The position numbers and the translations under genes are program-made. A stretch of 12,204 nt of DNA from a virus (lineage: Duplodnaviria > Heunggongvirae > Uroviricota > Caudoviricetes), in IMG/VR virus record IMGVR_UViG_2667528155_000014; one strand, written 5' to 3'. Below, piece after piece: positions 6,434 to 12,204 of this stretch (the stretch's first letter is position 1; every line of letters starts with the position of its first letter). The notes under the pieces are model-generated. The model saw only the letters and a program-made list of their open reading frames with translations, was not told where the DNA came from and did no database searches.

Positions 6434-7342
6434 CTATTGAAGGAAGTTCCGAGCCCGAAGAAAGTTTTGAGCAATCAGGTCGCCAATTGGATTTAAAACA
6501 TATGAATTAAAGTCATTTATGGTCGATACGCCAAATGCATCTAGAGTTAACTTTAAAGCAGGAAATGTTTCAAAGAACATCTCATCGCTTTCAAAGCTGG
6601 TGATTCCAGTCCTTTTTCCAAGTAGGTCTTGATAGTTTGTTATGTATTGCTTGTCTGTGAAGATAACGCCTTTTAAGCTGAGGAGATCAATGTTTATTTT
6701 TCTCAAAGACTCTATTTTATCTAAGAATTTAATGTAATCAATATCATAGCGAGCATAGTATTCTTTGTGGGCTGAATGGTTTTGCTCTACGGTAAAGCCA
6801 ATTAATCCAAAGTGAGTTTCATTTCTTTCAGCAAGAGCTGTCATGTTAATACCGTTTCGTATCTTATTTATGTTTCTGAGGTAATATATTAGAGAGAGAA
6901 ATTTAATGTCGTTTGTTGTTAATTTAGATGTCACCTCAAGAGCGTGATCTATAACTATACTATCCTCTTCTTCTTCAGTTTGAATTTTAGAAACGATTAG
7001 CTCTTTAAGTAACTCCGATTTTTCATCAAATCCTTTTCGAGCCACCTGAGTTACAGCTTGGTTCATCGAATATTGAATGTCAGGGTCGGATAATTTCTCT
7101 TTTAATTTATGATCAAGATCACTAGAAAGTTTAGCTGCAATCTGATTACCAAATTCTATCGCTCGTTGGTTTACAAGTTTATATGCTTCCTCTTTTAAAG
7201 AAGCCATTTGTGCTTGAACTACTAATTCACAGATAGTAACTACTTCAGTAGTAGTATTACCAATGATAGCATCACCGGTTACTTGGATTGCGGTAGAACC
7301 ATCTCCGACATGTTGACCCGACTTATGATCGAAAAGACTCAT
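6434..7342 (-). CDS. hypothetical 302-aa protein, AT-rich cargo gene of unknown function (candidate phage-exclusion/defence component)
   Basis: Long clean ORF antisense to the late operon; AAGGA 6 nt upstream of ATG 7342; ATGA overlap with the upstream small ORF; no family recognised by inspection. Confidence 0.7.
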   Translation of the reverse strand: MSLFDHKSGQHVGDGSTAIQVTGDAIIGNTTTEVVTICELVVQAQMASLKEEAYKLVNQRAIEFGNQIAAKLSSDLDHKLKEKLSDPDIQYSMNQAVTQVARKGFDEKSELLKELIVSKIQTEEEEDSIVIDHALEVTSKLTTNDIKFLSLIYYLRNINKIRNGINMTALAERNETHFGLIGFTVEQNHSAHKEYYARYDIDYIKFLDKIESLRKINIDLLSLKGVIFTDKQYITNYQDLLGKRTGITSFESDEMFFETFPALKLTLDAFGVSTINDFNSYVLNPIGDLIAQNFLRARNFLQ

Positions 7343-7584
7343 TTTTTGTCCTTTTCATTAATGGTTAAATTACCACTGACTTGTATTCCTGAAGAGTTAT
7401 TACCAATCACTTGGCTTATAGAGGATGACTTCTTCTTGTCACTTATTAAGTTGGCTACAGCAGTTAGAAAAGCCCCTAAGCTGACTAAGAAAGCCAGTAG
7501 AGAAGCCAGTCCATGATGCTGGTATGCCTGATACCCGAATCCGCATGTTGCAACGAACGAAATTAGACAGATTAACTTTCTCAC
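7339..7584 (-). CDS. small two-TM membrane protein (81 aa, GTG start), coupled to the 302-aa ORF
   Basis: Two hydrophobic segments followed by a Ser/Lys-rich tail with repeated xQVxGN motif; stop overlaps the downstream ATG; GTG start with weak GAGAG upstream, so start and reality are less certain. Confidence 0.45.
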   Translation of the reverse strand: MRKLICLISFVATCGFGYQAYQHHGLASLLAFLVSLGAFLTAVANLISDKKKSSSISQVIGNNSSGIQVSGNLTINEKDKK

Positions 7585-7596
7585 GCGTCATATCTC

Positions 7597-7624
7597 TCTA
7601 TAGGTTAAATGGCACTAAAAGCAA
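7597..7624 (-). promoter_or_regulatory. candidate sigma70 promoter for the minus-strand cassette (TTGCTT-16 bp-TATAGA on the minus strand)
   Basis: Hexamers read on the minus strand; predicted start leaves only a few nt before the GTG, so the transcript may be near-leaderless. Confidence 0.3.
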
Positions 7625-7630
7625 CGCAGG

Positions 7631-7654
7631 ATGTGCTTTGCTCTGAGCACATCA
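7631..7654. promoter_or_regulatory. perfect inverted repeat GATGTGCT-N8-AGCACATC immediately upstream of the candidate -35 (possible operator/activator site)
   Basis: 8-bp perfect palindromic arms with 8-bp spacer at about -42 to -65 relative to the minus-strand promoter. Confidence 0.3.
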
Positions 7655-7933
7655 TTGATTCATCTTACTAATATCTATTAATTAAAAGATAAAACTAGGG
7701 GGTTTATGGTAAAACAGGACTGGACAGTGCTGCAACACCAGTCTCTCGCCGACTATGCCAAAACGGGTATATCACCAAAAGAGTGGTGCTAAGCAGGGAG
7801 ACGGATTAACACATCTGCACGTTTAGGTGAAGAGTGGACTGACCTGATACAGGTATATGATCCTGTTCTAAGCATTAATTAGTATAATCGATATTCATTC
7901 TCATTTGATGGGGCCTGTTATGCGATCCAACCT

Positions 7934-8010
7934 GTTACGGGGCGGCGACCGTGTGGATTCTCTCTATTTATGAATATTGTCCACTATTTGCCATTTCCGT
8001 TTTTCTCTCC
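7934..8010. other. lambda-type cos region: cosN-like 12-mer GGGCGGCGACCG at 7940-7951 with flanking cosQ-like and cosB(R3)-like sequence
   Basis: GTTACGGGGCGGCGACC is identical to the lambda cohesive-end junction as I recall it (lambda GGGCGGCGACCT); downstream CTATTTATGAA and TTTCCGTTTTTCT align with lambda left-end sequence at the same spacing. Confidence 0.6.
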
Positions 8011-8140
8011 GAGTACAACATGATTTCTATCCAACAAACAGGGCAACGCCGATGCCAGCACGTGCTAAACGTCCATGCCGACAAGGGACGTGCGGCAATC
8101 ATAGTCGCATTGCACGCGTATAAATAACAAGGAGGGGGGA

Positions 8141-8374
8141 ATGCGCCTCACTGTATTAGATGATGATCCCGGCAGGAAGATTGATATCAGAGTAGAGCGG
8201 TACACTGTCTATCTTGATGGTGTTGATGTTAAGCGCGCGCTCACTGCTGATGATGAGAAAGGTGAAGTAATCGCTGTTGCATGTGATGAATATGGCCACG
8301 CGACCATAGAGAACGGCGAAGTGAAGAGGCAGATGCTTTACGGCTTAGTGAGGATTGAACGGTGTCCGCACTGA
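8141..8374 (+). CDS. hypothetical small protein (77 aa) at the head of the packaging module
   Basis: Strong Shine-Dalgarno AAGGAGGGGGG before the ATG; acidic protein; not recognised. Confidence 0.6.
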   Translation: MRLTVLDDDPGRKIDIRVERYTVYLDGVDVKRALTADDEKGEVIAVACDEYGHATIENGEVKRQMLYGLVRIERCPH

Positions 8375-8392
8375 TTTACAGGTAATGGTGGT

Positions 8393-8746
8393 ATGAACAA
8401 AGAACCGCGCATCTATGACAGCAGATGGGGTAAAGCCCGCCAGGCATTCCTGCGCGAACATCCTTTATGCATTATGTGTCAGGCACTGGGAAGGATTGAG
8501 CTGGCGACTGTGGTCGATCATATCACGCCACACAGGTTGAAAGATGCTCTCATAACAGGAAATCCCGCAGATATCTCCCGGGCGCAAAAGCTGTTCTGGG
8601 ACAGAGGAAACTGGCAAGGGTTATGTAAACCCCATCACGACTCAACCAAACAGCGTATGGAAAAGAGCGGGAGAATGACTGGCTGTGATGCTGATGGGAT
8701 CCCGCTTGACCCCGATTCACACTGGAACAGGGGGAGGGGCGGGTAA
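8393..8746 (+). CDS. phage HNH endonuclease (terminase-associated)
   Basis: HNH motif: CIMCQ ... DHITPH ... N ... CKPHHD; GGTGG before ATG; located directly upstream of terS/terL as in HK97-like packaging modules. Confidence 0.85.
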   Translation: MNKEPRIYDSRWGKARQAFLREHPLCIMCQALGRIELATVVDHITPHRLKDALITGNPADISRAQKLFWDRGNWQGLCKPHHDSTKQRMEKSGRMTGCDADGIPLDPDSHWNRGRGG

Positions 8747-8960
8747 AAACTTAAATACCTTTGCAGTAAATGACCCCCGCTTCTCCTTTCTGTGTACAAC
8801 CGCGAAATGAAAAGTTTTTTTTTGGCTTGTTTTTTGGTTAAAAAACAACCTCGAATTACTTCAGTGTATTGATATATAAGAAAATGATGAAAACAGCAAA
8901 GCTACTGTATTAAAATACATATGTGATTTAATGCAGTAGTTTTATTGGGAGGTGCCCGGC

Positions 8961-9425
8961 ATGGCAGGGAGACGTCCGAAACCGTCCCATCTGAAAGCGG
9001 TAACCGGCAACCCAAGCAAGCGAAAACTCAATGACAAAGAGCCGTTGCCCTCACGCGAAATACCGTCGCCGCCCCCGCACCTGACCGACTGGGGAAAGGT
9101 TGCCTGGGGAAAACTGACCGTACTGCTGGATGGGATGGGAGTGATGACGGTAGCTGACGGACTGGCACTGGAGCGCCTCTGTGATATCTACGCCGATATC
9201 CTTCAGTTACGTGACACTGTCGCAGTGGAAGGCAGAACCTATACGGTACAGACAGATGGTGGATTTCTGATAAAACCGCATCCTGCTGTCGCCATGCTGG
9301 CAGACGCTGACCGCCGTTTTAAAAGTTATCTGGTTGAATTCGGTCTGACCCCGGCCGCCAGAACGAAGGTAAAAGTTGATGGTGGAGAAAAAGACGAAGA
9401 TCCGTTCAACCAGTTCTTCGGTTGA
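8961..9425 (+). CDS. terminase small subunit, P27 family
   Basis: N-terminus MAGRRPKPSHLKAVTGNPSKRKLN and HLTDWGKVAW are typical of P27-family TerS; GGGAGG 8 nt upstream of ATG 8961 (the ORF track begins at an in-frame GTG at 8952). Confidence 0.85.
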   Translation: MAGRRPKPSHLKAVTGNPSKRKLNDKEPLPSREIPSPPPHLTDWGKVAWGKLTVLLDGMGVMTVADGLALERLCDIYADILQLRDTVAVEGRTYTVQTDGGFLIKPHPAVAMLADADRRFKSYLVEFGLTPAARTKVKVDGGEKDEDPFNQFFG

Positions 9426-11118
9426 TCCAGCCACGCAGTATGCAATGGATGTGGGTACCGGTAAGAAAATTGCCGGACCAGATATTCGTAATGCCTGTAA
9501 ACGTCATTTGCGCGATCTTGAATTTGGGCATAAGCGCGGCTTGTCATGGGATACAGAAGCAGCACTACGCGCGATTGATTTTTTTGCGAAGGTACTGAAG
9601 CTTAACGGTGGGGAGTTTGAAGGAGAACCCTTCATTCTGTTGCCCTGGCAGTGCTTTATTGTGGGATCCATTTTTGGATGGAAACGGCGGAACGGGGCGC
9701 GCCGCTTTCGTACCGCTTATGTGGAATCAGGCAAGGGATCAGGTAAATCCCCTCTGGCGGCAGGGGTTGGCCTGTACTGCATGACTGCGGATAAGGAGCC
9801 CAGGGCCGAGGTGTATGCTGCGGCGACGAAAAAAGACCAGGCTATGGTGTTGTTTCGTGATGCGGTGGCGATGGTGGATCAATCACCGGCGCTGGCACAA
9901 CGTATCAGCAAATCAGGAGGGGCGGGCAAAGAGTGGAATCTGGCATTTTTGCAGACGGGATCATTTTTCCGCCCGATTAGTTCTGATGACGGGCAGTCAG
10001 GCCCACGACCACATTGTGCCTTGATTGATGAAATCCATGAGCACAAAAGCAACATTGTGGTTGAAATGATGCGGGCTGGTACAAAAGGCAGGCGTCAGGC
10101 GCTGATTTTCATGATAACTAACAGTGGTCATGACAAAACCAGCGTCTGCTATGACTATCACCGGTACGGACAAAAAGTCGCAGCCGGACAACTGGATAAT
10201 GATGCATTTTTCTCTTTCATTTGTTCCCTTGATGAAAGAGATGATCCCTTCCAGGATGAATCCTGCTGGCCAAAAGCGAACCCTTCCATGGGGCATACAT
10301 TTGAGGACAGTTATTTACGGGAACAGGTTGATGATGCCCGCGGTATTCCGTCCAAAGAGAGCATTGTACGACGCCTTAATTTCTGTCAGTGGGTTGATGC
10401 TGAAAATCCATGGATTAGCAGTGATGCCTGGATGGCATGCGAAAAAAAATTCGATCCTGAAGAGTTCCGGGGGCAGATTTGTTACGGAGGACTGGATCTT
10501 TCCGGCAAAAGAGATCTCACTTCTCTTTCTCTGTATTTCCCTGGAAGCAATGCGTTGCTTACTGAGTTCTGGACGCCGCGCGATACACTTTTCGATCGCG
10601 CAAGGGTGGATCGTGTTCCTTATGACGTCTGGCTGAAGAAGGGGTATGTACACGCGCCGCCAGGTGCTGCAATTGATTATGGCTTTGTGGCAAAACGTCT
10701 GGCAACACTTGCTGCAATGTTCGACATCCGTAAGGTGGCGTTCGACAGTTACCACATTGATTACCTTTTGCCGGAACTGGATGATGAAGGTGTAAACATC
10801 CCACTGATTCCGCACGGCCAGGGATTCGGCAAGTCCGCCAAATCCGGACTGTGGATGCCGCATTCCATTGAGTTGTTTGAACAACTCATCATGGATAAAA
10901 AAATAAACATCGTACTCAACCCCTGCCTTCGCTGGTGTGCGGCCAATGCCGTTATAGAGGAGGACAAAAGCGGAAACCGTGTATTCAGCAAGCGTCGCAG
11001 CAATGGGCGTATTGATGGCGTGGTGTCCGGTGCCATGGCAATTGGTGTTGCAGGATCCTGTGAAGATGACGGCGACGGCGATATCAGTGATTTCTTTAAT
11101 GACCCCATATTTATGTGA
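9379..11118 (+). CDS. terminase large subunit (Terminase_1/HK97-like)
   Basis: ~580 aa; conserved N-terminal TQYAMDVGTGKKIAG...CKRHLRDLE, Walker A-like SGKGSGKS, and a nuclease domain with acidic residues; start overlaps the terS end (ATG 9379; alternative ATG 9445 would remove conserved residues). Confidence 0.9.
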   Translation: MVEKKTKIRSTSSSVDPATQYAMDVGTGKKIAGPDIRNACKRHLRDLEFGHKRGLSWDTEAALRAIDFFAKVLKLNGGEFEGEPFILLPWQCFIVGSIFGWKRRNGARRFRTAYVESGKGSGKSPLAAGVGLYCMTADKEPRAEVYAAATKKDQAMVLFRDAVAMVDQSPALAQRISKSGGAGKEWNLAFLQTGSFFRPISSDDGQSGPRPHCALIDEIHEHKSNIVVEMMRAGTKGRRQALIFMITNSGHDKTSVCYDYHRYGQKVAAGQLDNDAFFSFICSLDERDDPFQDESCWPKANPSMGHTFEDSYLREQVDDARGIPSKESIVRRLNFCQWVDAENPWISSDAWMACEKKFDPEEFRGQICYGGLDLSGKRDLTSLSLYFPGSNALLTEFWTPRDTLFDRARVDRVPYDVWLKKGYVHAPPGAAIDYGFVAKRLATLAAMFDIRKVAFDSYHIDYLLPELDDEGVNIPLIPHGQGFGKSAKSGLWMPHSIELFEQLIMDKKINIVLNPCLRWCAANAVIEEDKSGNRVFSKRRSNGRIDGVVSGAMAIGVAGSCEDDGDGDISDFFNDPIFM

Positions 11119-11123
11119 AGCCT

Positions 11124-12204
<1,081 letters not shown>

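Noticed and set aside
6311-6496. Plus-strand ORF 6311..6496 (61 aa)
   Set aside because: Low-complexity Ile/Phe-rich translation of AT-rich DNA overlapping the 3' end of the minus-strand 302-aa gene and a hairpin; no RBS.
7283-7516. Plus-strand ORF 7283..7516 (77 aa)
   Set aside because: Antisense to the junction of the two minus-strand cassette genes, which are supported by translational coupling and RBS.
7706-7792. Short plus-strand ORF MVKQDWTVLQHQSLADYAKTGISPKEWC (28 aa) behind a G-rich Shine-Dalgarno
   Set aside because: Too short and unrecognised to call; could be a gene remnant near the phage right end. Not annotated, but worth a translated search.
9207-11108. Eight internal or antisense ORFs within the terminase large subunit gene (9207..9434 -, 9326..9565 -, 9815..10024 +, 9997..10296 -, 10124..10636 +, 10315..10884 -, 10559..10804 -, 10761..11108 -)
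   Set aside because: All lie inside the 580-aa TerL ORF, which has clear family-level sequence features; they are alternative-frame artefacts.

Overview
This window reads as the late region of an integrated lambdoid prophage of enterobacterial type, called from sequence and ORF inspection alone (no database searches were run). Left to right on the + strand: an AT-rich orphan ORF; nin-region genes (DUF1367/YbcN-like, DUF1364/YbcO-like) translationally coupled to a Q-like antiterminator; a ~1.3 kb regulatory region with terminators and three diverged copies of a promoter-plus-leader module; a DoxX-family membrane protein moron; two tRNA genes (Ile2 anticodon CAU, and a degenerate Arg anticodon UCU); a lysis cassette (lambda S-like dual-start holin, small endolysin candidate, Rz with embedded Rz1); an AT-rich opposite-strand two-gene cassette of unknown function; a lambda-like cos site; then a packaging module (small ORF, HNH endonuclease, P27-family TerS, TerL, HK97-family portal). 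The portal gene is cut short by an IS3-family insertion sequence that runs off the window end, so the prophage is probably defective. The strongest candidate for an undescribed system is the minus-strand cassette at 6434..7584 (2-TM small protein coupled to a 302-aa protein) in the Rz-to-cos moron slot. The triplicated promoter-leader module with a covarying RNA hairpin is the second most interesting signal.
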